From Oceanicaulis sp. (lineage in GTDB: Bacteria; Pseudomonadota; Alphaproteobacteria; Caulobacterales; Maricaulaceae), in the NCBI GenBank assembly GCA_051117435.1, contig JBNPED010000019.1, positions 133,476-197,475 on the forward strand: DNA of 64,000 nt, read 5' to 3'. Shown here piece by piece: positions 1 through 9,446 of this stretch. A model generated the notes under the pieces. It worked only from the letters and a program-made list of their open reading frames with translations, made no database searches and had not been told where the DNA came from. Both the position numbers and the translations under genes were made by a program. Position 1 is the first letter of the stretch. The number at the start of each line of letters is the position of its first letter.

Positions 1-1128
1 ATGGTCGGGATCGGCGAGCACCCTGGCCGTTTCATCGATCCCGTTCGACCAGTCGGCCGCCCCGGTGGCGGCGAAGGCGTCGCCGGCCGCGTCGTCCACC
101 GCATCGCGCAGGGCGACGGGCTGAAGGTCCGGCGCCGCCTCGCGGGTGCGGCCATAGTCCAGAGTCTCCTGGCAGAGCCGAATGCCCCGATCCACGGCGC
201 GTAAAAGCCGGGCGCCCATATTGGCGACGCGCTCATCCGAACTCATGGCGAGCCGGTCGGAGACCAGCTGCGCGCTGGCGAGCACGTTTCGAAGATCGTG
301 ATTGATGCGCGCCACCGCGCCGCCCAGCGCGGCCAGCCGTTCTCGCTGGGCGAACGCCTCGCGCACCTGGTCCTGCATGGCGGCGAGCGCGGCCTGGGCT
401 TCGCCAAGCTCGTCGGACCGCGCCGCGCCGGGCGCGCGCCGGGCCGGGTCCAGCGGGTCCTCGGCGAAGGCGGTCATGGCCCGGGCGAGCCGGCGCATGG
501 GGCGCACCAGCATGTACAACAGCACCAGATACAGAAGGCCGCCGGTCTTCGCGGCGATGAACAGGGACAGCCACAATATGCGCCAGGAAAAGGCGATGAG
601 ATCGGCTCTCAGCCCGGCTTCGGGCACGATGACGCTGATCTGCTCGCCGGCGCGGGTGCGCGGCTCGGCGATGATGCGCAGATACCGCCCCTCCGGCGCC
701 AGGACCGTGTGGCAGACGCCCACCAGACCGTCGAAGAAGCCTTCCTGCGTCAGGTCCGCGGTGACCAGCTCCGCCTCGCCGATGGCGCCGCCGAGCACCA
801 GCTCGTTGACGCCCTCCATGACGCGGCTGACCGCGACGACTTCGGCGCCGGCGAGCAGCTCGCGCACCATGTCTTCGCCCAGCTGCATGTCGCCGGCGCT
901 CTCCGCGGCGAGGGCGGCGAGATGGGCGGCGTCGGCCCGGTCCATCAGCCATTCGGCGCGAAAATTGGCGGCGCTGGGAAAGAAGATCAGCACCTCGGCC
1001 AGCAGCACGAAGGCGACCGACAGCCCAAGGAGCTTTCCGGGCAAGGAGAGGGCGCCGGCGCGCAACGGGGCCCAGAGGCGCGCCAAGCGGCCGGTCAACG
1101 CCGAACCCGAACCCTCGCCGTCCTTCAT
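1..1128 (-). CDS. Membrane sensor histidine kinase (HAMP-HisKA), truncated by the window edge
   Basis: Not in the ORF track because its stop lies outside the window. Manual translation from ATG 1128 gives MKDGEGSG..., two TM segments, a HAMP-like RPMRRLARAM...DELG, and H-box INHDLRN; the frame is open to position 1. Confidence 0.85.
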   Translation of the reverse strand, partial: MKDGEGSGSALTGRLARLWAPLRAGALSLPGKLLGLSVAFVLLAEVLIFFPSAANFRAEWLMDRADAAHLAALAAESAGDMQLGEDMVRELLAGAEVVAVSRVMEGVNELVLGGAIGEAELVTADLTQEGFFDGLVGVCHTVLAPEGRYLRIIAEPRTRAGEQISVIVPEAGLRADLIAFSWRILWLSLFIAAKTGGLLYLVLLYMLVRPMRRLARAMTAFAEDPLDPARRAPGAARSDELGEAQAALAAMQDQVREAFAQRERLAALGGAVARINHDLRNVLASAQLVSDRLAMSSDERVANMGARLLRAVDRGIRLCQETLDYGRTREAAPDLQPVALRDAVDDAAGDAFAATGAADWSNGIDETARVLADPDH

Positions 1129-1151
1129 GCGCCCCCGCCCGGCCCGGCGGC

Positions 1152-2576
1152 CTAGTGGAACATCGTCAACAACCCGGCCCAGGTCTTCGCCGCAGGGCCG
1201 AACACGGTGGGTTCGTAATACTTGCCCGCGGCGCGTTTGAACACTTCCCCGCGCGTGGGATAGGGCGCGACCGGGCTGGTGAGGTCCTTCACAGAACCGC
1301 CCGTGGCCATCACCGCCTGGGCGATCTGGATGAGATCGTCGGCGCGCGTCCCAAGCGCATGGGCGCCGAGGATCTTGCCGCCCTTGCCGATCACCAGGCG
1401 CGCGTCGCCCACCGTGTCGAGCTCGGCGATCGCGCGGTCGTTGTCGGCGAAGGGGAAGCTTTTCACGGTGACCTTGTCGCCGTGCTTTTCGCGCGCCTCG
1501 GCTTCGGTGAGGCCGATCCCGGCCAGCGGCGGGTCGGTGTAGACCGCCTGCGGGATGGGCTGGCTCGACTGCCTGGTGGGCAGGCCGAAATAGAGATTGC
1601 GCACGATCACCGAGCCGTGCCAGCCGGCGAGATGGGTGAGCGCGCCCTTGCCGGCGATGTCGCCGGCGGCGAAGACGCGCTTGTTGGTCGTGCGCAGCTT
1701 GTCGTCGCACACCACGCCGCTTGCGTCGGTCTCGATCCCCGCCTTGTCCAGATCCAGGCCTTCGAAGACCGGCTCGCGCCCGATCGCCACCAGCAGATGG
1801 GAGCCGGCGATGGTCTCGCGCAGGGACGTGGTCACCTCGACCCCGCCCGCCTCGGTGCGGCGCACGCCGGTGGCGCGCACGCCCACCTTGACGTCCACCC
1901 CGTCGGCGGCGAGCGCCTGGGCGACGATCTCGGCGTGATCGGGCTCGGCGCGCGCCAGGATCCGGCCGGCCTCCAGCAGCGTCACCTTCGAGCCGAGCCG
2001 GGCGAAGGCCTGGCCGAGCTCGGTCCCGATGGGCCCGCCGCCCAGGATGATCAGGTGCTCGGGCAGGGTCTCCACCGACCAGATGGTCTCGTTGGTCAGA
2101 TAGGGGGTCTCTTCGATCCCGGATATGCCGGGAACCCGGGCGCGCGTGCCGGAGGCGAGGACGATGCGCTTCGCCTCCACCTCCAGGCTTTCGGAGGCCA
2201 CGGTCTTTTCGTTAAGGAAGCGCGCGTGCTCGCGCACCACCCTTACGCCGAGGCCTTCGAAGCGCTCCTGGCTGTCATTGGGTTCGATGGCGGTGATGGA
2301 GGCGGCGATGTTCTCGCGCACCTTGGCGAAGTCGATGCTGACCTCGCCGGTCCCGATCCCGTACCTGGCGGCGGTGCGCACCGTATGAGCCTTGTGCGCG
2401 GCGGTGAGGATCGCCTTGGACGGCACGCAGCCATAGTTCAGGCAGTCCCCGCCCATCTCGCCGCGCTCGAACAGCACGACCTTGCGCCCCAGCATGGCCG
2501 CGCCGGCGCTGGTGACGAGACCGCCCGAGCCTGCGCCGATCACGGCGAGATCGGCCTTGATGCGTTCACGCGCCAT
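1152..2576 (-). CDS. Pyridine nucleotide-disulfide oxidoreductase (Lpd/MerA-like)
   Basis: GAGSGG FAD motif, redox-active GGDCLNYGCVPSK, NAD motif GGGPIG, AAGD, C-terminal YPTRGE. Confidence 0.9.
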   Translation of the reverse strand: MARERIKADLAVIGAGSGGLVTSAGAAMLGRKVVLFERGEMGGDCLNYGCVPSKAILTAAHKAHTVRTAARYGIGTGEVSIDFAKVRENIAASITAIEPNDSQERFEGLGVRVVREHARFLNEKTVASESLEVEAKRIVLASGTRARVPGISGIEETPYLTNETIWSVETLPEHLIILGGGPIGTELGQAFARLGSKVTLLEAGRILARAEPDHAEIVAQALAADGVDVKVGVRATGVRRTEAGGVEVTTSLRETIAGSHLLVAIGREPVFEGLDLDKAGIETDASGVVCDDKLRTTNKRVFAAGDIAGKGALTHLAGWHGSVIVRNLYFGLPTRQSSQPIPQAVYTDPPLAGIGLTEAEAREKHGDKVTVKSFPFADNDRAIAELDTVGDARLVIGKGGKILGAHALGTRADDLIQIAQAVMATGGSVKDLTSPVAPYPTRGEVFKRAAGKYYEPTVFGPAAKTWAGLLTMFH

Positions 2577-3341
2577 TTATGCGTCTCCTTCGACCGGCTT
2601 GGCCGGCGCTTTCTTTCCCGTCACCCGCTTGTAGACCGCCGGCAGCACCGCGAGCAGGGCGAACACCACGAGCGCCAGGATCAGCTCCAGGTCCAGAAGC
2701 TCGGTGAAGGAGGGGATTCCCTCCTCCACCACGCTGGAAAGCTTGCCGCCGACGGTGGCGTAGACATAGGCGCCCGGGGCCATGCCGATGAACGAGGCCA
2801 GCACGAAGGCGCGCAGCGGCACGTTCAAAAGCGCGGTGACGATATTGATCGCCCAGAACGGAAACACCGGGATCAGGCGCAGGATCATCACATAGGTGAA
2901 CGCATCCTGGGAGAACCCGTCCTGCAGCCGATTCACATAGCCTGGAAATTTCCGCCGGACCCAGTCTGCAAAGGCGTACCGGGCCGCCAGAAACAGGATC
3001 GTCGCCCCGATCGTGGCGCCCAGAAGCGCAACCCCTGCGCCGAGCCAGGGCCCGAACAGAAAGCCCGCCCCCAGCGTGAACCAGATCGCGCCGGGCACCG
3101 AGACAGACACCGCCAGGGCGTAGAACACGAGATAGGCCAGCGCGGCGAGCCAGAGATTGGCCTCCACGAACCCGGTGAGGTCGCGCAGCACCGCCGCCGC
3201 CGCCTCCGGGTTCAGATAGCGCTGACCGCCGAGCGCAAAGAACAGGGCGAGCCCCGCCGCCAGCACCGCAAGCGGCAGAAGCCGCTTCCAGAGGGGGGTG
3301 GACGGCGCGTCCGCGTCCGGTGTGTCGTTGTCGGCGCTCAT
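2577..3341 (-). CDS. TVP38/TMEM64 (DedA/VTT) family membrane protein
   Basis: Multiple TM segments; motifs PGAIWFTLGAGFLFG, LRLIPVFPF, GMAPG. Confidence 0.9.
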   Translation of the reverse strand: MSADNDTPDADAPSTPLWKRLLPLAVLAAGLALFFALGGQRYLNPEAAAAVLRDLTGFVEANLWLAALAYLVFYALAVSVSVPGAIWFTLGAGFLFGPWLGAGVALLGATIGATILFLAARYAFADWVRRKFPGYVNRLQDGFSQDAFTYVMILRLIPVFPFWAINIVTALLNVPLRAFVLASFIGMAPGAYVYATVGGKLSSVVEEGIPSFTELLDLELILALVVFALLAVLPAVYKRVTGKKAPAKPVEGDA

Positions 3342-3510
3342 GGGGGGTCCTTTTCAGTGCCTGGCCTCAGAAGCTGGCATATACGCCCTGACACGGCCAG
3401 CGACACTCACGAGACGCCCGGCTCCTTTCACCTTGGTGTGACCGCGCCCGTGTTGGACTGCAGCCCCGCCGCCTGTTAGCGTCTGAATAGAGGTATCCAA
3501 GGGGGCGGCC

Positions 3511-4986
3511 ATGCTGACGCGGCGGCTGATGCTTCAATCCGGCGCCGCTTCGGGCCTTGCGTCTACGCTTGGTCCGCGCGCGCGAAGCCAGGCGGGCCGG
3601 CGCGTGCTGATCGCCGGCGGCGGCTTGTCGGGCTTGTGCGCGGCGTACGAACTGCTCCAGCGCGGGTTCGATCCGCTGGTCTTCGAGGCCGCGCCGCGGG
3701 CCGGCGGCAAGATCCGCACCCTGCGCGAGCCCTTCGACGACGGGCTGCATGTGGAGGCCGGCGCCCTCTGGCTGTTCTCCCGGCTCATCGAAGACTATGC
3801 GGACCGCTTCGGCCTGACGCTCATCCCCATCGACAACGCCTTGATGAACGGGCCGGTCCATATCGAGGGCGTTCTGGTCGATCAGGTCCCAGGCGAGACG
3901 CGCTGGCCGGATTCGCTCGGCCTTCACGCCCATGAACACGGTCTGAGCCAAAGCGAGATGTTCGCCCGCTATGGCGGCGGGATCCTGAGCGGGGGGCCGT
4001 TGATGCAGCGCGCCTTCGGTCTGGACCTTACTGACTTTCCCTATCCTCAGCTCGCCGATCTGGACGCGGTGTCGCTGGTGCGGTTCTGGCGCGACGGCGG
4101 CGCGTCCGAGGGCGCGATCCGTGTCATGAGCCTGGGTTATCTGCGCCAGACCGGCGAGGGGCCAGAGCGGCTCAGCGCCCTGTCGCGCGTGGTGGAGGCG
4201 GCCGACATGATGGACGCGGCCGGCCGGCTGCCGCCCTTCGTGATCGAGGGCGGAAACGATCGGCTCACCGCCGCCTTTGAAGCCGCACTCGGCGAGCGCG
4301 TCGTCCTGAACGCCCCGGTCCGCGCGATCGATCAAGACGCGGGCGGGGTGCGGTTCTCGGTGATGCGCGAGGGCCGCGTCGCCGAGGTGCGCGGCGATTA
4401 CGCCGTATGCGCCGTTCCGTTGCCGATGATGGGACGGATTACGTTCGCCTCCGGCCTCTCCGATTTGCGGCGCGAAGCGATCGAGGCGATCGCCTATGAT
4501 TCGGTCACGCGCATCTTCCTGCAATACCGCAGCCGGTTCTGGGAGGCCGAGGGGCGCAGCCCCAGCGGCACGACCGAGGCCTTGAGCAACGCGCTCTATT
4601 TCTCAACCGTCGCTCAGCAGGCGTCGAGCCCGCGCGGGATCCTTGAATCCTTTGCAGGCGGCGCGCGCGCCCGCGCCTTCGACGCCATGGGCGAGGAGGG
4701 CGCCCTCGCCCGGGCGCTCGCCGACCAGAGCGCCTTCCATCCCGAGGCGGCGGCCCATTATGAAAAAGGCCGCGTCTTCAGCTGGGACGACGAGCCGTGG
4801 CAGGGCGGCCATCAGGCCTTTTTCGCGCCGGGCCAGCTGACCCGGTATTTTCCGGCGCTGCAGCAAGCGGAAGGCCGGCTCGCCTTCGCCGGAGAACATG
4901 TCGCCGGCGTGCCCGGCGCGTCGCACAGCGCGCTCGCCGCAGCCCATGCGGCGGTTGAGAGGCTGGGCGCCATGGCGGCGCTGTGA
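3511..4986 (+). CDS. Flavin monoamine oxidase / amino acid oxidase family protein with Tat signal
   Basis: TRRLML twin-arginine leader, GGGLSGL..A, EA..RAGGK, EAGA, C-terminal FAGEH. Confidence 0.85.
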   Translation: MLTRRLMLQSGAASGLASTLGPRARSQAGRRVLIAGGGLSGLCAAYELLQRGFDPLVFEAAPRAGGKIRTLREPFDDGLHVEAGALWLFSRLIEDYADRFGLTLIPIDNALMNGPVHIEGVLVDQVPGETRWPDSLGLHAHEHGLSQSEMFARYGGGILSGGPLMQRAFGLDLTDFPYPQLADLDAVSLVRFWRDGGASEGAIRVMSLGYLRQTGEGPERLSALSRVVEAADMMDAAGRLPPFVIEGGNDRLTAAFEAALGERVVLNAPVRAIDQDAGGVRFSVMREGRVAEVRGDYAVCAVPLPMMGRITFASGLSDLRREAIEAIAYDSVTRIFLQYRSRFWEAEGRSPSGTTEALSNALYFSTVAQQASSPRGILESFAGGARARAFDAMGEEGALARALADQSAFHPEAAAHYEKGRVFSWDDEPWQGGHQAFFAPGQLTRYFPALQQAEGRLAFAGEHVAGVPGASHSALAAAHAAVERLGAMAAL

Positions 4987-5011
4987 AGCGCGCAGGAGTC
5001 ACCCGCCGCGC

Positions 5012-5040
5012 TTGACTAGACCGGGCGCATCCCGTAACTA
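5012..5040 (+). promoter_or_regulatory. Housekeeping sigma promoter for rpmH operon
   Basis: TTGACT-N17-TAACTA, 60 nt upstream of the rpmH start. Confidence 0.55.
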
Positions 5041-5099
5041 CCGCGCCTCGATTTTGAGCCGCCGGGGGACCGGCCGCTGATCCCGATGGGAGAGCCACC

Positions 5100-5234
5100 G
5101 TGAAACGTACATTCCAGCCGTCGAAACTGGTTCGCGCCCGCCGCCACGGTTTCCGCGCGCGCATGGCGACCAAGGCCGGCCGTCAGGTCATCGCGCGTCG
5201 CCGGTCCAAGGGCCGCAAGCGGCTCTCGGCCTAA
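5100..5234 (+). CDS. rpmH: 50S ribosomal protein L34
   Basis: Below the ORF track cutoff. GTG start, [44 protein letters not shown]. Confidence 0.98.
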   Translation: MKRTFQPSKLVRARRHGFRARMATKAGRQVIARRRSKGRKRLSA

Positions 5235-5246
5235 GGGCCGTTCGGC

Positions 5247-5660
5247 ATTCTTCCCGCCTACCCGAATCGCGCCGCGCGGATCACGCTGCGGCGCGATTTT
5301 TTGCGTGCGCGCGAGGCGCCGCGACAGGCCCGCCCCGGCGTCGTGGTTCAGATGCGCGCGCGCTGCGAAGATCCAGACGGGCCCGCCCGCGCCGGCTTCA
5401 CCGCGACGAAGAAGATCGGCAATGCGGTGGTAAGAAACCGCGCCAAGCGCCGGCTGCGCGAAGCCGCCCGCCTGCTCTTGCCCCTCCACGGGCGACCGGG
5501 GACCGACTATGTCTTCATCGCGCGCGCTGCGACGCCGGACCGCGCCTGGCCGGCCTTGCTTGACGATGTGGAAAGCGCATTGGTAAGCCTCGCGCGCCGC
5601 GCTGAAGGGCCGCGCGCAACTGATCCAGACACGGCTGCGCCCGGCGCGCCCGGCAGGTAA
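5247..5660 (+). CDS. rnpA: Ribonuclease P protein component (start uncertain: ATT 5247 proposed, TTG 5301 in track)
   Basis: RNR motif AVVRNRAKRRLRE, GFTATKKIG, position between rpmH and yidC. Confidence 0.92.
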   Translation: MLPAYPNRAARITLRRDFLRAREAPRQARPGVVVQMRARCEDPDGPARAGFTATKKIGNAVVRNRAKRRLREAARLLLPLHGRPGTDYVFIARAATPDRAWPALLDDVESALVSLARRAEGPRATDPDTAAPGAPGR

Positions 5661-5671
5661 GGACCGCATTC

Positions 5672-7804
5672 GTGGGTGAACATCGCAATCTGATCATCGC
5701 CGTCGTCGTGCTGATGCTCTTCATGCTCGGCTATCAGGCGCTGGTTCTGGACCCGATGGCGCGCGAGCGTCAGGCCGAACGCGAGGCGACCCAGGCCGAG
5801 ACGGTCCAGGGCGACGACGCGCCCACGGCCTCGCCCGACAGTTTCGGCCTCGGCGACGCGGCCGTGCCGGTCTCGCGCGAGGAAGCGATCGCCCGGTCCC
5901 AGCGCATTCCCGTGCGCACCGAGGCGCTGTCCGGTTCGATCAATCTCACCGGCGCGCGCCTGGATGATCTCGACCTGCTGCGCTACGACACCGAGCCGGA
6001 CAACGATATTCCCGTCACCCTGCTGACGCCGGAAGGCGCGCCGGGCGGCCATTACGCCGCCGCGGGCTGGCTGGGCCAGGTCCCCAACCTGCCGGGCCTT
6101 TCAAGCCAGTGGACGCTGGTGGAGGGCGAGGTTCTGACGCCGGAAACGCCGGTCGTGCTGGAGTATCGCTCGGGCTATCTGGTGTTCCGCCGCACCATCG
6201 AGGTGGACCAGGACTATCTGTTCACCATGACCGACACGGTGGCCAACACCTCCGGCGAGGCGGTGGCGCTGCGTCCCTACGCCCTGGTGCGCCAGGAAGG
6301 CGTGCCGGCCGATCTGCAGAACTTCTTCATCCTGCATGAGGGCGCGGTCGGCGTGGTCGGCCAGGAGATGTTCGACCGCAAGTACGGCAAGATGGAGGAC
6401 GAGGGCCGCGGCGACCTGACCGAGAGGACCGGCGCCGGCGGCTGGATGGGCCTCACCTCCAAATACTGGCTCGCCGCCGTGGCGCCGGGGGACGAGACGA
6501 CGATCCGCGGCCAGTTCCGGGTGCTCGACCGACCCGGCGCGCCGGTGTTTGAATCCAACTATCTCGCCGAGGCGATGACAATCCCCGCCGGCGGCGTGAT
6601 CGAGAACGTCTCCCATGTCTACGCCGGCGCGAAATCCCAGCCGATCCTCGCGCGCTATGAAGACGAGGCGGGCATCGAGCGCCTGACCATGGCGATCGAC
6701 TGGGGCATGTTCTGGTTCTTCACCCGGCCGTTCTTCGCGATCCTGCACTTCTTCTACGGGATCATGGGCAATTACGGCCTGGCCATCATGGCGCTGGTGC
6801 TGGTGCTCAAGATCGTTCTGTTCCCGCTCAACAAACGCGCCTTCGCCTCCATGGCCAAGATGCGCGCGGTGGCGCCGAAGATGACGGAGATCCGCGAGCG
6901 CCATAAGGACAATCCCCAGGCCCAGCAGCAGGCCATGATGGAGCTGTACAAGAAGGAGAAGATCAATCCGGTGGCCGGCTGTCTGCCGATCCTGCCGCAG
7001 ATCCCGATCTTCTTCGCGCTCTACAAGACCGTGTTCATCTCGCTGGACGCGCGCCATGCGCCCTTCTTCGGCTGGATCGAGGACATGAGCGTCGCCGATC
7101 CGACGAATATGTGGAATCTGTTCGGCCTTCTGCCTTACGACCCGTCGGGCGTGCCGATTATCGGCGGCGTGCTGGCGATCGGGCTGTGGCCGCTGATCAT
7201 GGGCGTGACCATGTGGGCGCAGCAATCGCTGAACCCGCCGCCGCCCGACAAGATCCAGCGCCAGATCTTCGCCTTCCTGCCGATCGTGTTCACCATCGTC
7301 ATGGCGCCGTTCCCGGCCGCGCTGATCATCTACTGGTCGTGGAACAACCTGCTGACCGTGGGCCAGCAATACCTGATCATGCGCCGCCAGGGCGTGGAGA
7401 CCGAGCTCGACAAGAACCTGGTGCGCCTCAAGGCCCGGCTTCAGGGCAAGCCGCGCCCGGTCATCGGCGATGAAGGCGCGGGCGCGACGCTGAAGGAGAA
7501 GGTCTCCAGCGTCGAGGGTCAGGCCCTGACCGAAGGCGCGCGCGACGACGCCCAGGCCACGCCGGATCCGGAAAAGGGCGACGCCGCCGCGGCCCAGGTC
7601 TCCGGCGACAGCGTGGACGGCGGCGCCGCGGCCGATCCCGAGGACAAGACCGTCCAGGGCGAGGCGAAGGCCGACGCCATGGGCGAGGGGGAAAAGCCCG
7701 CCGCAAAGCCGGCCTCGGCCGCAGGGTCTACGGCGGGGCGCACGCGCTCCAATCCGGCGGCCAAGAAGAAGCGCCCCACGCCGAAGAAGAAGCCGAGGTC
7801 GTAG
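5672..7804 (+). CDS. yidC: Membrane protein insertase YidC with long C-terminal tail
   Basis: IDWGMFWFF, NYGLAI, SMAKMR..PK..E, GCLP...QIPIFFALY, LIIYW.WNN. Confidence 0.97.
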   Translation: MGEHRNLIIAVVVLMLFMLGYQALVLDPMARERQAEREATQAETVQGDDAPTASPDSFGLGDAAVPVSREEAIARSQRIPVRTEALSGSINLTGARLDDLDLLRYDTEPDNDIPVTLLTPEGAPGGHYAAAGWLGQVPNLPGLSSQWTLVEGEVLTPETPVVLEYRSGYLVFRRTIEVDQDYLFTMTDTVANTSGEAVALRPYALVRQEGVPADLQNFFILHEGAVGVVGQEMFDRKYGKMEDEGRGDLTERTGAGGWMGLTSKYWLAAVAPGDETTIRGQFRVLDRPGAPVFESNYLAEAMTIPAGGVIENVSHVYAGAKSQPILARYEDEAGIERLTMAIDWGMFWFFTRPFFAILHFFYGIMGNYGLAIMALVLVLKIVLFPLNKRAFASMAKMRAVAPKMTEIRERHKDNPQAQQQAMMELYKKEKINPVAGCLPILPQIPIFFALYKTVFISLDARHAPFFGWIEDMSVADPTNMWNLFGLLPYDPSGVPIIGGVLAIGLWPLIMGVTMWAQQSLNPPPPDKIQRQIFAFLPIVFTIVMAPFPAALIIYWSWNNLLTVGQQYLIMRRQGVETELDKNLVRLKARLQGKPRPVIGDEGAGATLKEKVSSVEGQALTEGARDDAQATPDPEKGDAAAAQVSGDSVDGGAAADPEDKTVQGEAKADAMGEGEKPAAKPASAAGSTAGRTRSNPAAKKKRPTPKKKPRS

Positions 7805-7809
7805 GCTCC

Positions 7810-8466
7810 ATGACCGGACCGGGCGAGGGCGACGATCCTGAGCGTCAGGCCTGGCTTGAGGACGGCCGCAAGCTGTTCGCGGGCGATTGCGACTTCATGC
7901 TGGGGGTGGTGAGCCTTGCGACCCTGCCAGAGCCGACCGCGCCGGAAGTGGCGTTCGCCGGCCGCTCGAATGTCGGCAAATCCTCGCTGATCAACGCGCT
8001 CACCGGGCGCAAGAATCTGGCGCGCGCGTCGAACGAGCCGGGGCGCACGCGCGAGCTCAATTTCTTCGATCTCGGCGGGCGCCTCAGAATCGTCGACCTT
8101 CCCGGCTACGGCTTTGCGAAAGCGCCGAAAAAAGTGGTCGACCGCTGGACGGCGCTGACCAAGAATTATCTGCGGGGCCGGGTGAACCTGAAACGGGTCA
8201 TCCTGCTGATCGACTCCCGCCATGGGATCAAGCCGACCGACGAGGGGATCATGAAGGCGCTCGACGAAGCCGCCGTGGTCTATCAGATCGCATTGACCAA
8301 GATCGACAAGCTGAAACCCGCCGAGGCCGAGGCGCGCCGCATCGAGACCGAGGAGAAGATCCGCCGGCGCCCCGCCGCCTTTCCGGTCGTGGCGATGACC
8401 AGCGCGTCCAAGGGCGAGGGGCTGCCCGAACTGCGCGCCGAAATCGCGGCGCTGGGCCTGCAATGA
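7810..8466 (+). CDS. engB: GTP-binding protein EngB/YihA
   Basis: GRSNVGKSS, PGRT, DLPGYG, LTKIDK. Confidence 0.96.
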   Translation: MTGPGEGDDPERQAWLEDGRKLFAGDCDFMLGVVSLATLPEPTAPEVAFAGRSNVGKSSLINALTGRKNLARASNEPGRTRELNFFDLGGRLRIVDLPGYGFAKAPKKVVDRWTALTKNYLRGRVNLKRVILLIDSRHGIKPTDEGIMKALDEAAVVYQIALTKIDKLKPAEAEARRIETEEKIRRRPAAFPVVAMTSASKGEGLPELRAEIAALGLQ

Positions 8467-9446
8467 TGCGCGCGCTCATCGTCCTGGCCGGACTGCTGTC
8501 AGCGCTCGCCTTCACCGCGCCGGCGCGCGCGGGCGAGGTGTGCAACGAGACCAGCTTCATGGTGGAGGTGGCCAAGGCTTGGCGCACGCCCTCCGGCGTC
8601 GCGGCCGAGGGCTGGGTGCGCATCGCGCCGGGCGGCTGCGGCGAGATCGGACCGGGGCCCGAGACCGATCAGTATCTCTATGCGCGCTCCACCACAGCCT
8701 ATCTCGGCGGCGTGCGCGAATGGCGCGGCGGGCTGGACGTCTGCGTCGATGAAACCGATTTCCAGATCGAGGGCGTCGCCGATTGCGCGGCGCTGGGCCT
8801 TGAGACGCGTCAGTTCCGCCAGCTGGACGAGGCCGAGCGCAGCCGCGCCGTGCTTGTGGAGCTCGCCGATTTCAGAGAGCGCGCCGAGGAGGCGGGTTTG
8901 CAGCGCCTGTTGCAGGCGGCCGGCTACGACATTCGCGTGATCGACGGCTATGCGGGCCGGCGCACGCGCCGCCAGATCGAGGCGTTTGAAAGCGATGTGG
9001 GCCGCAGCTTCGGCGCCGACCGGGCCGGGCTGATCGAGGCGCTGCACGCCCAGGCGGTGGAGCGCAACGCCAATGCGGGTCTGCGCATTTGCAACGACGC
9101 CGGTCTGCCGCTCGCCGCGGCGGTGTCGCGCGCCGAGGGTCAAGCCTACATCACCCGCGGCTGGTGGCGTGTGGAGCCCGGCGCCTGCGCCCAACCGCTC
9201 GCCGAGCGGCTGACTGCGGGCGAGGTCTTCGTGCACGCCCGCCTGATCGAGGGCGCGGCCATGCGCCCGCTGGCCCGGGCCGAGACCGCGTTCTGCGTGG
9301 CGCCGGGGCGGTTCTCCACCGAGCTGCGGGAGGGCTGCCGCGATCTCGGCTATGAGGCGGCGACCTTCCGCCCGGCGCCGGAGCCGGAGAACGGCGGTGC
9401 GACCTTGCGCCTGACCGACCGCGATTTTGAAGAGGCTCTGCCGTGA
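8463..9446 (+). CDS. Secreted protein with two DUF1036-like repeats and a central peptidoglycan-binding-like segment
   Basis: ATG 8463 overlaps the engB stop; signal peptide; repeated CN..S/AG...GW.r..PG.C units; LQRLLQAAGY...IDGYAGRRTRRQI. Confidence 0.7.
   Translation: MMRALIVLAGLLSALAFTAPARAGEVCNETSFMVEVAKAWRTPSGVAAEGWVRIAPGGCGEIGPGPETDQYLYARSTTAYLGGVREWRGGLDVCVDETDFQIEGVADCAALGLETRQFRQLDEAERSRAVLVELADFRERAEEAGLQRLLQAAGYDIRVIDGYAGRRTRRQIEAFESDVGRSFGADRAGLIEALHAQAVERNANAGLRICNDAGLPLAAAVSRAEGQAYITRGWWRVEPGACAQPLAERLTAGEVFVHARLIEGAAMRPLARAETAFCVAPGRFSTELREGCRDLGYEAATFRPAPEPENGGATLRLTDRDFEEALP

Noticed and set aside
1152-2576. Mercuric reductase / mercury resistance
   Set aside because: No C-terminal Cys-Cys, no NmerA domain, and no merR/T/P genes nearby.
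1155-3479. 774-aa plus-strand ORF, and similar long ORFs such as 298..1155, 36070..37869, 44459..46300, 56224..58539 and 59020..61230
   Set aside because: They lie antisense to clearly recognisable genes and have no motifs; long shadow frames are expected at ~70% GC.
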